Of a DNA stretch of 64,000 bases, positions 18,629 to 27,357 are shown in pieces. The translations under genes and the position numbers were made by a program. Origin of the DNA: Patescibacteria group bacterium. GTDB taxonomy: Bacteria > Patescibacteriota > UBA1384 > XYA2-FULL-43-10 > CAINNR01. The stretch spans positions 83,662 to 147,661 of the forward strand of contig JBAZJN010000001.1 of NCBI GenBank assembly GCA_041651295.1, in the 5' to 3' direction. Numbering within the stretch: the stretch's first letter is position 1; the number at the start of each line of letters is the position of its first letter. The notes under the pieces were generated by a model, which saw only the letters and a list, made by a program, of their open reading frames with translations, did no database searches and was not told the origin of the DNA.

Positions 18629-19078
18629 TTACAATTTTTCAGCAATTACTTCGCGGACTTTTTCCCACTCAAATCCGCGCGATAGTAAATGGCGGGTTAA
18701 CTTTTCATAAAGTTTTTCTTTGGAAATTTCTTTGTTTTTCGCCAACCAACGTTCTACTAATTCGACAATTTCTGATGTTTCGTCGATGTTTTCCGCTAGT
18801 GTTTTTTCAATTATTTCTTTTGAGATTTTTTTTGCCATCAATTTTTGCTGGAGATAATACCTGCCAACCGGTTTGACTGATTTCTTAAATCTAACAAAAT
18901 TTTCCGCAAACCTTTGGTCATTTAAAAATTCCTTAGAAATTAGAAATTCGAGAATATTAGAAATTTCCTCATCAGAAAACTCCTTCCGCCGAAGCTTTTC
19001 TTCCATCTCGCCGATTGAGCGATCGCGTAACTCGAGAAGATAGAACGCATATTCGAGTGGCTTGAGTTTCTGTTTCAT
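18629..19078 (-). CDS. recX: RecX-like regulatory protein
   Basis: Three-helix-repeat pattern (YAFYLL..R..S..E), size, and position near recA. Confidence 0.7.
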   Translation of the reverse strand: MKQKLKPLEYAFYLLELRDRSIGEMEEKLRRKEFSDEEISNILEFLISKEFLNDQRFAENFVRFKKSVKPVGRYYLQQKLMAKKISKEIIEKTLAENIDETSEIVELVERWLAKNKEISKEKLYEKLTRHLLSRGFEWEKVREVIAEKL

Positions 19079-19152
19079 AAGAAAATTATATCACTTCAGT
19101 TTTGTTATTACTTCTGATATCTTGTAAACAGGGTTAAGGAGGCGATATCAAC

Positions 19153-19251
19153 ATGGCGAAATACATTTGTCCAATATGCCATCATGGTTATCTGGTTTCA
19201 GACCATCCCAAAGGTTGTCCGTACTGTGGATACAAAGCATTCCGGCGCTAA
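19153..19251 (+). CDS. 32-aa zinc-ribbon mini-protein
   Basis: AAGGAGG SD; MAKYICPICHHGYLVSDHPKGCPYCGYKAFRR with CPxC..CPxC; followed by a terminator. Confidence 0.5.
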   Translation: MAKYICPICHHGYLVSDHPKGCPYCGYKAFRR

Positions 19252-19268
19252 AAGCGCCGGCTTTTTTT
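19242..19268 (+). terminator. intrinsic terminator
   Basis: CCGGCGCT/AGCGCCGG stem followed by T7. Confidence 0.7.
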
Positions 19269-19307
19269 ATTTGTTTAGAAATTAGGTCAATTAGAAATTT
19301 TGCCGAA

Positions 19308-20354
19308 TTATTCCTCTTTATACTTCTCTGTGATTTTGGCTTTAATTTCGGCGGTGATTCCCGGGTGTTCTTTCAGAAATGCTCTGGCGCCTTCTTTGCC
19401 TTGGCCGATTTTTTCGCCGTTGTATGAAAGCCAGGCTCCAGCTTTTTCGATGATATCTTCAGCGACGCCCAAGTCAATGACTTCACCTTCAACATCAATT
19501 CCTTGACCGAACATAATATCAAACTCAGCCGTTTTAAATGGTGGCGCAACCTTATTTTTTACAACCTTCACTCCGACGTGGTTGCCAACATTTTCCTCGC
19601 CCTTTTTGAGTGTTGCTTTGCGACGGATTTCCAGGCGAACTGAGGCATAAAATTTCAAGGCATTTCCGCCTGTAGTTGTTTCAGGATTACCAAACATGAC
19701 TCCGATTTTCATCCGGATTTGATTGATAAAAATGACCATGGTTTTTGATTTTGAAATTACACCGGTTAGCTTTCGAAGCGCCTGTGACATTAATCTGGCC
19801 TGAACCCCCATCATCGAATCGCCCATTTCGCCTTCAATTTCCGCTCGTGGGACTAACGCAGCAACCGAATCGATAACAATGACGTCCACGGCGTTTGATC
19901 GGACTAATGTTTCACAAATCTCCAGCGCTTGTTCGCCAGTATCCGGCTGTGATATCAAAAGATCATCTAAATTGACACCAATTCTTTTGGCGTACTCGGG
20001 ATCGAAAGCATGCTCGGCGTCAATAAATGCCGCTAATCCACCGGTTTTCTGTGCTTCAGCCACAGTATGAATTGCCAAAGTAGTTTTGCCGGAAGCTTCG
20101 GGACCGTAGATTTCGATTACCCGGCCACGCGGTAATCCGCCAACACCAAGAGCCAAGTCTAGTGCAAAAGAACCAGTTGAAATCACTGCAACATCAAGTT
20201 TGGTGTCGGCACCGTACTTCATAATTGAACCTTTGCCAAACTGTTTTTCGATTGAGGCCAAAGCAACATCAAGTGCCTGATTTTTGGCACTTCGAATATT
20301 ATCCTTCTCAATTTTAGTTTTTGTTTCAATTTTTTCGGCTGTTTTTTTTGCCAT
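19308..20354 (-). CDS. recA: recombinase RecA
   Basis: Walker [10 protein letters not shown]; classic RecA core conserved throughout. Confidence 0.95.
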   Translation of the reverse strand: MAKKTAEKIETKTKIEKDNIRSAKNQALDVALASIEKQFGKGSIMKYGADTKLDVAVISTGSFALDLALGVGGLPRGRVIEIYGPEASGKTTLAIHTVAEAQKTGGLAAFIDAEHAFDPEYAKRIGVNLDDLLISQPDTGEQALEICETLVRSNAVDVIVIDSVAALVPRAEIEGEMGDSMMGVQARLMSQALRKLTGVISKSKTMVIFINQIRMKIGVMFGNPETTTGGNALKFYASVRLEIRRKATLKKGEENVGNHVGVKVVKNKVAPPFKTAEFDIMFGQGIDVEGEVIDLGVAEDIIEKAGAWLSYNGEKIGQGKEGARAFLKEHPGITAEIKAKITEKYKEE

Positions 20355-20369
20355 GAAACTCCTAAATTA

Positions 20370-21065
20370 TTACTTCATTTCCGCAGTTTTAATTTTTCTT
20401 TCAATGATAATTACTTTGCTTGATTCTTTATTGGTTTTACCAATGGCGGTGATCATTATTGTATTAATTCCATTTTGGAGTGTGATCTCTTTCTTGAAAC
20501 TACCGTCTTCATTTGTTGCTACTTTCTCTTTGTTAACCAAAAGAGTTGCACTGGCATCTGTGGCCCCGGAAACTAAAACGCTTTCCGTTTCAACAACCAT
20601 ATCTTTATTAGGCGACGTCACAACCAGTTTCGGCACCGAGGCAAAACTGACAACTTGAAGTATGATATATAAAATGGCAGCACAACAAAAAAGAACACCA
20701 AACGAAAGAGCAATTATTTTGGGCGTGATAATAAAAACTCTATTACTTTTAACTTTCTTTTGTGAAAAATCATCATCTTCAGTATTTTTTTTAATCGCTC
20801 GCTGTTGTCTGTATAAATTAAAAATATTATCCGGATTTAAGCCAAGGTAATTGGCGTAGGTAATAATAAAGCCCTTAACATAAATATCATTAGGCAAGAG
20901 ATCAAAATCTTCATTTTCCAAAGCCTCTAAATATTTCGCGCGGACTTTAGTTTGAAGCTCAGCCTCAATCAGATCGATGCCCTTTCTTTTGCGGGCTCGC
21001 TTTAATTTTTCCCCTAGAGTATGGACTGTTCGAATTTTTCTCAGAGTAAATCCTGCTGCTACCAT
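20370..21065 (-). CDS. RodZ-like HTH membrane protein
   Basis: N-terminal HTH (LGEKLKRARKRKGIDLIEAELQTKVRAKYLEALE), central TM helix, C-terminal extracellular domain. Confidence 0.5.
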   Translation of the reverse strand: MVAAGFTLRKIRTVHTLGEKLKRARKRKGIDLIEAELQTKVRAKYLEALENEDFDLLPNDIYVKGFIITYANYLGLNPDNIFNLYRQQRAIKKNTEDDDFSQKKVKSNRVFIITPKIIALSFGVLFCCAAILYIILQVVSFASVPKLVVTSPNKDMVVETESVLVSGATDASATLLVNKEKVATNEDGSFKKEITLQNGINTIMITAIGKTNKESSKVIIIERKIKTAEMK

Positions 21066-21099
21066 ATCAATAATTTAAAATTTTAAATTCTAAATTTCC

Positions 21100-23307
21100 C
21101 TAGTAGTCTTGCGGATAATTGCCACCGCTAGTTTGATCTGTACTTATAAGAATGTCTCTCGGTTTGGCACCGTTAGCCGGACCGACAACACCTTCCTGTT
21201 CCATTAAGTCCAAAAGTCTCGCCGCCCTAGCATAGCCAACTCGAAGACGACGTTGCAAGAGCGAAGCCGATGCCTGGCCTGAATTTGTCACTACAGCAAC
21301 TGCTTCGTCATAAAGATCGTCGTCAATCGATCCTCCGGAATCACGACCTCCGACAGCCTTTTGCGGGCGATATGACAAAATTGATTCGTCATACTCCGCC
21401 TCACCCTGCTTTTTCAGGAATGTGACTAATTCGTTAATTTCTTTATCTGAAACGAAACAACCCTGAACACGTTTGGGTTTGGACAAACCATTTCCGATAA
21501 ACAACATGTCTCCGTTGCCCAACAACTTCTCGGCACCTGACATATCCAAAATCGTTCTCGAGTCAATTTGAGACGCAGTAGCAAAAGCAATTCGAGAAGT
21601 AATGTTGGCTTTAATCAAACCGGTAAGAACATCAACTGATGGTCTCTGAGTCGCAACGATTAAATGGATTCCGGTTGCCCGAGCCATTTGAGCGATTCGA
21701 ACAATAGAAGCCTCGACTTCATTTGCCGAAACCGCCATTAAATCCGCTAACTCATCGATAATAATAACAATGTACGGTAATTTGCCTTCCGATCCGGGCG
21801 ATTCGTTATAAGCGATAATATTTCTTTTGCCCAAATCGGAGAACATTTTATAGCGCCGTTCCATTTCATAAACAGTCCATTTTAGAGCCGAAACAGTCTT
21901 ATCGACTTCGGTAACAACCGGCGCAAAGAGATGTGGAATTCCATTGTAGTTGGTCATCTCAACACGCTTCGGATCGATAAGAATTAGCCGCAAATCTTCC
22001 GGCGAATTATGGAAGAGTAATGTAACGATGATTGAGTTAATACAAACTGACTTTCCCGAACCGGTGGCACCGGCAACCATCATATGAGGCATTTTTTCCA
22101 AATCAATTGCAATCGGACCACCGGCAACATCACGGCCAAGAGCAATTGCCAATTTCGATTTTTCAGCCTTAAATTGTTGTGAGGCCATAACTTCTTTAAG
22201 CGTCACTTTGGCGGCAACTAAATTTGGCACTTCAATGCCAACAGCTGATTTTCCGGGGATTGGAGCCTCGACGCGGAGACTTTTGGCCGCAAGAGCCAGG
22301 GCGATATCATTGTTTCTGGTAGTAATTTGATTTAGTTTAACCCCTTCGTTCGGCCGCAGTGTGTATTGGGTTACGGTTGGACCAACATTTACATCCTGCA
22401 TCTTAACTTCAATGCCAAAACTCTGAAAACATTTTTTAATTGTTTCGACATTTTTTCCAATATCACCGGACTTAGCCACGTCATTAGATTCATGTAAGAT
22501 ATCGTACGTCGGAAATTCCCAAACTCTTCCCTTGTCGGTCTTAACCGTCGGCCTTGGCGCAGCCTCGATAACCGGAGCTTTCGGCATCTCTTCGATTTTC
22601 GGCCGTGATAGAAAACCAAATCCGGAAAAAAGACGGCTGAAAAAACTTGGCTTTTCCGGTTGTAATTCCTCCTCTTTACCTTGACGATGAACCCTAACAC
22701 CCGATTCGACCGGTTCGTCCCCGGCCTCTTTGGCTGCCTTTAAGCCGAAAAGCTTGGAAAGCGACAGGTTGAAAGTAATCATCACAGCGGCAAAGGTAAC
22801 CGCCACAACAACGATAAACGCCGGGAAGGTACCGAGCGAGCCGCGAAGCGGGTTTGATATTAGAAATCCGAAAATGCCGCCACCTTCACCGTTCATTGCT
22901 GCCGATCTGGCGTCGCCAACCGGGATAAATAAATGGATCAATGCCGGAAAAAATGCGAAAAATAATATTATTCCGACAAATTTTGCCAACTTCACGCCAC
23001 CCTTCGGTGGGAACAGGATAATCACACCCAACCAAAAAACTGCAATCGGCAACAAATAGCCGACAATCGTACCGAAAAGTTTGTAGTCGATAATTTTAAG
23101 ATATTCGCCTAAAGCGCCGGCAGCACTAAAAATACCTAAAAACATAATAATGGCAAAAATTATCAAGAAGACAGCAAAGATTTCTCTCCAGGTATCGGAT
23201 CCTAAGCCTAACGTCCAGTCAAAGACAAAATTGCCCCATTCATCTTCCTTCTGCCACCAAAGAGGCTTAGTTTGTTTATGTTTTGGATATTTTCGTTTAC
23301 GTCCCAC
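21100..23307 (-). CDS. ftsK: DNA translocase FtsK/SpoIIIE
   Basis: N-terminal TM helices, Walker A GATGSGKS, C-terminal gamma wHTH domain. Confidence 0.92.
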   Translation of the reverse strand: MGRKRKYPKHKQTKPLWWQKEDEWGNFVFDWTLGLGSDTWREIFAVFLIIFAIIMFLGIFSAAGALGEYLKIIDYKLFGTIVGYLLPIAVFWLGVIILFPPKGGVKLAKFVGIILFFAFFPALIHLFIPVGDARSAAMNGEGGGIFGFLISNPLRGSLGTFPAFIVVVAVTFAAVMITFNLSLSKLFGLKAAKEAGDEPVESGVRVHRQGKEEELQPEKPSFFSRLFSGFGFLSRPKIEEMPKAPVIEAAPRPTVKTDKGRVWEFPTYDILHESNDVAKSGDIGKNVETIKKCFQSFGIEVKMQDVNVGPTVTQYTLRPNEGVKLNQITTRNNDIALALAAKSLRVEAPIPGKSAVGIEVPNLVAAKVTLKEVMASQQFKAEKSKLAIALGRDVAGGPIAIDLEKMPHMMVAGATGSGKSVCINSIIVTLLFHNSPEDLRLILIDPKRVEMTNYNGIPHLFAPVVTEVDKTVSALKWTVYEMERRYKMFSDLGKRNIIAYNESPGSEGKLPYIVIIIDELADLMAVSANEVEASIVRIAQMARATGIHLIVATQRPSVDVLTGLIKANITSRIAFATASQIDSRTILDMSGAEKLLGNGDMLFIGNGLSKPKRVQGCFVSDKEINELVTFLKKQGEAEYDESILSYRPQKAVGGRDSGGSIDDDLYDEAVAVVTNSGQASASLLQRRLRVGYARAARLLDLMEQEGVVGPANGAKPRDILISTDQTSGGNYPQDY

Positions 23308-23372
23308 GATCCCTCCAACAAAAATAATTAGACTCGAAACAGAGTTTGATACTATTGTATCATAAAATATTC

Positions 23373-23401
23373 TTTACAAGAAACAACTTATTTGGTAAAA
23401 T
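23373..23401 (+). promoter_or_regulatory. promoter of cassette D
   Basis: TTTACA-17-TAAAAT. Confidence 0.45.
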
Positions 23402-23438
23402 CATTGCGGAAACAACCCGACAGGAGGCAATCAGAACT

Positions 23439-23753
23439 ATGGGGAGTTGGCTTCTAATTGCGGCAATGAATGCTCGTGCTGGCGTGTGGCCCGGAGACGA
23501 GAACGATCCGATGCGGAAACCACCACGCCGTCACAAACGGAAAAAGAAGTTCACGGAAGCCGATCTCGTTGATGGCATCGTGATGGAAGACAACGAGATC
23601 ACCGACAACGAGATTATCACCGCGTGCATGCGGGACGACAGGTTCAACCACACCGCCGAAGAGTGGCTTCAGATCATTCGGGACTGGCGCGAAGAATACT
23701 CCAGGGTCATCGCCTCAATCGGAGCGTCCCTCGACGCAATGTCAACGACGTAA
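23439..23753 (+). CDS. orphan GC-rich protein, 104 aa (cassette D)
   Basis: CAGGAGG SD 11 nt before ATG 23439; basic patch RKPPRRHKRKKKF; no recognised motif. Confidence 0.5.
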   Translation: MGSWLLIAAMNARAGVWPGDENDPMRKPPRRHKRKKKFTEADLVDGIVMEDNEITDNEIITACMRDDRFNHTAEEWLQIIRDWREEYSRVIASIGASLDAMSTT

Positions 23754-23781
23754 GCAGCCAGCTTTATGTCAGAACACCAAA

Positions 23782-23818
23782 AGCGACCGCAGCATCTCAG
23801 CCACGGTCGCTCTTTTTT
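23782..23818 (+). terminator. intrinsic terminator of cassette D
   Basis: AGCGACCG/CGGTCGCT stem followed by a T-run. Confidence 0.65.
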
Positions 23819-23828
23819 ATTTTTAATC

Positions 23829-23933
23829 GTCATTTCGACATCACAAAGTGACGAGAAATATACAACTTATTTTTTAAAACAATAATCGGTAGATTTCTCG
23901 CCTTGCCTAAAATCGGCAATGGCTCGAAATGAC
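23829..23933. repeat. R2 nested-palindromic repeat, copy a
   Basis: Terminal inverted repeats GTCATTTCGA..TCGAAATGAC with inner CGAGAAAT/ATTTCTCG pair. Confidence 0.7.
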
Positions 23934-23941
23934 AGATTTTT

Positions 23942-25774
23942 TTACACTTCAATAACTACCGGTATCACCATCGGTCTTCGCTCGGTTTCTTTATATAGAA
24001 AGTCGCCAAGTTCTTCTCGAAGTTTGGTTTTGATTAGATTCCAATCACCGCGGGCTTTCTGGCCTGTCGCTGCGTGTTTGGCAAACAATCGTTTAATCTC
24101 AGCCCGGGCTTTATGAACGAGATTTTCGTTTTCTCTCATGTAAATAAATCCGCGGGAGATGATATCAGGCGATGTGACAATTTGGCCGGTTTCATGCGAA
24201 ACAGTAACAATAACAACGAAGATTCCATCTTCTGCCATGGCTTTGCGGTCGCGAAGGACAATGTTGCCAACGTCACCGATTCCGAGTCCATCAACCATAA
24301 CGTATGATGCCGGAACACGTTTGTTGGTTAAAGTGCCTTTGCCGCCTTCAAATTCGATAATCTGACCATTGTCTGAAACTAGAACATTATCTTCCGGAAT
24401 ACCAACATCTTCAGCCAATCCGGCGTGGACCATCAATTTATGGCGCTCGCCATGGATTGGAATAAAATATTTTGGTTTGATAAGACCGATCATTAGCTTT
24501 AAGTCCTCTTGATAAGCATGGCCGGATGTGTGAACATCAAACATTTTCTGATAGATAACTCTGGCACCTTCGCGATAAAGGTTATCCATAACTTCTGAAA
24601 CCGATCTTTCATTTCCCGGAATTGGAGAAGATGAAAGAATAACAGTATCACCTTTTTTGATCTTGATTTGGCGGTGTTCGCCGGAGGCAATCCTGGTTAG
24701 GGCCGAACGTTCCTCACCTTGTGAACCGGTACAAACGATCGTAACTCTATTATCAGGATATTTTCCAATCTCACCAACGTCTATCATTGTGTCTTGCGGA
24801 ATATTTAATGCCTTAATTGAAGAAGCGACCTCAACATTAGCCAGCATTGAACGGCCGGAAAAGGCAACTTTTCGGCCAAGCCGGTGTGATACATTTAAGA
24901 TTTGTTGAATACGAGAGATCAACGAGGCAAAAGTTGCCATGATAATACGGCCTCTGGCATTTTCAACTAATTTAAAAAGTGAATCCTCAACCTCTTTTTC
25001 AGAAATTGTATGACCCGGCTTTTCGGCATTGGTCGAATCGGAAAATAGCGCCAAAACGCCTTGGCCTCCAAGTTGAGCTAACTTTGAAAAGTCAGTCGGC
25101 TTGCCATCGGCGGGGGTATGATCAAATTTCCAGTCGGTCGCGTATACCAAAATGCCTTCGGGCGTGGTAATTGAGAGCCCAAAGCTATCAGGGATATTAT
25201 GATTAAGCCTAAAAGTTTCAATTTTGAAAGTTCCAAGTTGAAGTATTTCCTCGCCTGGGATTATTGTTGAGATCTTTACCCTGTTTTCCATCCCAAACTC
25301 TTCAAGTCTCTTTTTAATCAGTCCGACTGTCATTGGGGCGGAATAAATTATCGGGCTGCCAAGCTTATCATATAGATAAGGAATGGCACCGGTATGATCC
25401 AAGTGTCCGTGAGTGATTATCAGTCCACGGATCTTATTTTTGTTCTCGGCCAAATAAGACACATCGGGAATAACATAATCGATTCCCGGCATATCTTCAT
25501 TCGGGAACATTAAGCCGGCATCAATTATGATAATGTCATTACCATATTCAATTGCCGTCATGTTTTTACCAACCTCTTCAAGACCACCCATCGGAATAAA
25601 CCGGAGGGCTGGCTTCTTCAAAAAGTTGCCGGGTTGTACTTGCGATCTTTGTGGAGTTCCACCAATATTTGGCGTTAAGTTGCCAAAAGTTTTTGATAGG
25701 TCGCGTTTTTGCGGAGTTCGTGATCGATTTGACGATCTTTCTCTTCCGCGGTTAGTTTTCTGTTCTGTAATCAT
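23942..25774 (-). CDS. rnj: ribonuclease J
   Basis: Metallo-beta-lactamase HGHLDH motif plus beta-CASP and C-terminal domains; AAGGAG SD before MITEQ start. Confidence 0.9.
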   Translation of the reverse strand: MITEQKTNRGRERSSNRSRTPQKRDLSKTFGNLTPNIGGTPQRSQVQPGNFLKKPALRFIPMGGLEEVGKNMTAIEYGNDIIIIDAGLMFPNEDMPGIDYVIPDVSYLAENKNKIRGLIITHGHLDHTGAIPYLYDKLGSPIIYSAPMTVGLIKKRLEEFGMENRVKISTIIPGEEILQLGTFKIETFRLNHNIPDSFGLSITTPEGILVYATDWKFDHTPADGKPTDFSKLAQLGGQGVLALFSDSTNAEKPGHTISEKEVEDSLFKLVENARGRIIMATFASLISRIQQILNVSHRLGRKVAFSGRSMLANVEVASSIKALNIPQDTMIDVGEIGKYPDNRVTIVCTGSQGEERSALTRIASGEHRQIKIKKGDTVILSSSPIPGNERSVSEVMDNLYREGARVIYQKMFDVHTSGHAYQEDLKLMIGLIKPKYFIPIHGERHKLMVHAGLAEDVGIPEDNVLVSDNGQIIEFEGGKGTLTNKRVPASYVMVDGLGIGDVGNIVLRDRKAMAEDGIFVVIVTVSHETGQIVTSPDIISRGFIYMRENENLVHKARAEIKRLFAKHAATGQKARGDWNLIKTKLREELGDFLYKETERRPMVIPVVIEV

Positions 25775-25792
25775 TTTCTCCTTTGTCACCAT

Positions 25793-25892
25793 AAATGGAT
25801 AACTAATTTTTCTAATGACCAATAACTAATGATTCAAATATTTTAGTTCTATTCGTTATTAGTCATTCGGACATTCGTCATTCATTCTTGGC
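25793..25892. repeat. R3 intergenic repeat, copy a
   Basis: GGATAACTAAT..TAATGACCAATAAC..ATTCGGACATTCGTCATTCATTCTTG fills the whole udg-rnj spacer. Confidence 0.7.
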
Positions 25893-26543
25893 TTATAATA
25901 ATTTTTCTTGTTTAATAATTGTTTTTTTATTCTTCTCATTTTCCGCTTTAACCTTTTCGATGGCTGCCGGCAATTTGCCGAAATCATCCAAAAGAGTCTG
26001 CCGCATGCTGCCATTATGTAAGGCAGCCGCAGGATGATATAGCGGAAAGAAGTAAATTCCACTGGGATCTTCCGTAAGGTGACCCAGTGGGCGACGGTAC
26101 AATTTCGCTCTCAACTTTGAGATACCGCCAAGCCCGGGAAGATACGTTTCTGTGGAGTGCCGACCTAGTGTCACGACAATTTGCGGACTAACAACTAAAA
26201 GCTGTTCTTCTAAGTACTCTCGGCAAGCAGATTTCTCTTCCGGAAGTGGATCTCGATTATTCGGCGGGCGGCATTTCAAAGTGTTGGCGATATAGACGTC
26301 CGCACGAGATAACGATATTGAATCGAGTAATTGATCAAGAAACTTTCCAGCTGGGCCGCAAAACGGCCGGCCAACTTTATCCTCCTGTAGTCCTGGAGCC
26401 TCGCCTATAAACATTATTTCGGCATTTGGATTTCCTTCACCAGGCACGATATTTGATCGTGAGTTAAATAGAGGACATTTTTGGCACTTTGCGATCTTTT
26501 CTTCAATCGCAACAAGCTTTTGTTTCTTTTCGCTTAAGTCCAT
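25893..26543 (-). CDS. uracil-DNA glycosylase, family 4
   Basis: GEGNPNAEIMFIGEAPG motif, Cys cluster CQKCPL, HPAAALH-like C-terminal motif. Confidence 0.88.
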   Translation of the reverse strand: MDLSEKKQKLVAIEEKIAKCQKCPLFNSRSNIVPGEGNPNAEIMFIGEAPGLQEDKVGRPFCGPAGKFLDQLLDSISLSRADVYIANTLKCRPPNNRDPLPEEKSACREYLEEQLLVVSPQIVVTLGRHSTETYLPGLGGISKLRAKLYRRPLGHLTEDPSGIYFFPLYHPAAALHNGSMRQTLLDDFGKLPAAIEKVKAENEKNKKTIIKQEKLL

Positions 26544-26585
26544 GAAAAAATAAAATAAAATTAGTTCTCAGACAATTTGAAGTAA

Positions 26586-26625
26586 CCCGCCTGTAGAAGC
26601 TGTTGCTTCAGCAACTGCGGGCAGG
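26586..26625. repeat. CCCGCCTG..TGCGGGCAGG palindromic repeat
   Basis: Same ends as the inverted copy at 32830-32867. Confidence 0.4.
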
Positions 26626-26671
26626 AAATAGATCAAACCTAACGATTCGTACACTAAGTGTAGCATACAGA

Positions 26672-26700
26672 TTGACATTTGTCAATAGTTTTGATAATAT
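26672..26700 (+). promoter_or_regulatory. promoter of cassette E
   Basis: TTGACA-17-TAATAT. Confidence 0.5.
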
Positions 26701-26735
26701 CTCGTCATTGGACGAACAACAAGGAGATGGTAATC

Positions 26736-27128
26736 ATGCCGTGCGTCCCCCAAGGGAATGCAACTCAACACCAGAGCGCTATCATTGGAACTATCGTCGT
26801 CCTGACCATCCTCGTCATCGCCTGGATCCTCCTGTCTACTGCTCAAGGCATTGGCGCCAAAAATGCCAAGAAGGATGCTACCGCGCTGGTGCTCGCAAAC
26901 CAATTGCGACAACTGCCAGTGCAACAACAAGTTGCTGCGATCAACCAGTCGGATGAGCTCGCTCGCGTCGCCGAGCAGCTCGGCGATGGCTATGTCGTCA
27001 ACAACAAGGCCAGCTATGTCAATTCGGTCTGGGTGGCCAACAAGCAGGGACGGTTTTTCCAGACCCTATGGGTGACTCAAGTCACCGACCGAGGCCAGGA
27101 GACCCATAAGTACAAACTAGTCCATTGA
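26736..27128 (+). CDS. orphan GC-rich membrane-anchored protein, 130 aa (cassette E)
   Basis: AAGGAG SD 9 nt before ATG 26736; single TM helix IIGTIVVLTILVIAWILL. Confidence 0.55.
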   Translation: MPCVPQGNATQHQSAIIGTIVVLTILVIAWILLSTAQGIGAKNAKKDATALVLANQLRQLPVQQQVAAINQSDELARVAEQLGDGYVVNNKASYVNSVWVANKQGRFFQTLWVTQVTDRGQETHKYKLVH

Positions 27129-27150
27129 GCCTCTGGGCTAGCAGACTCAA

Positions 27151-27179
27151 ACGGCGGAAGCAATCCGCCGCGTTTTTTA
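27151..27179 (+). terminator. intrinsic terminator of cassette E
   Basis: CGGCGGA/TCCGCCG stem followed by T6. Confidence 0.7.
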
Positions 27180-27210
27180 TTTTGACACACTTACAAATGA
27201 ATTTATTTAC

Positions 27211-27248
27211 CTACATAAAAAGTGAACGATCGTTCACTTTTTATGTAG
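27211..27248. repeat. 38-bp perfect palindrome
   Basis: CTACATAAAAAGTGAACGATCGTTCACTTTTTATGTAG, followed by T5. Confidence 0.85.
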
Positions 27249-27259
27249 TTTTTCAGTAT

Positions 27260-27299
27260 AAAAAAACCACTTTTGATGTGGTCGCCAGTGGTTTTTTTT
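27260..27299. terminator. bidirectional terminator (pnp side)
   Basis: A-run, ACCACT..AGTGGT hairpin, T8. Confidence 0.55.
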
Positions 27300-27354
27300 G
27301 TCATTTTGAGGCGGCAGCCAAAGAATCCAGATTCTTTGCTCTCGCTCAGGATGA
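27300..27354. repeat. R2-like repeat, copy b
   Basis: GTCATTTTGAGG..CAAAGAATCCAGATTCTTTG..CTCAGGATGA; imperfect outer inverted repeat plus an inner hairpin. Confidence 0.55.
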
Positions 27355-27357
27355 TAT

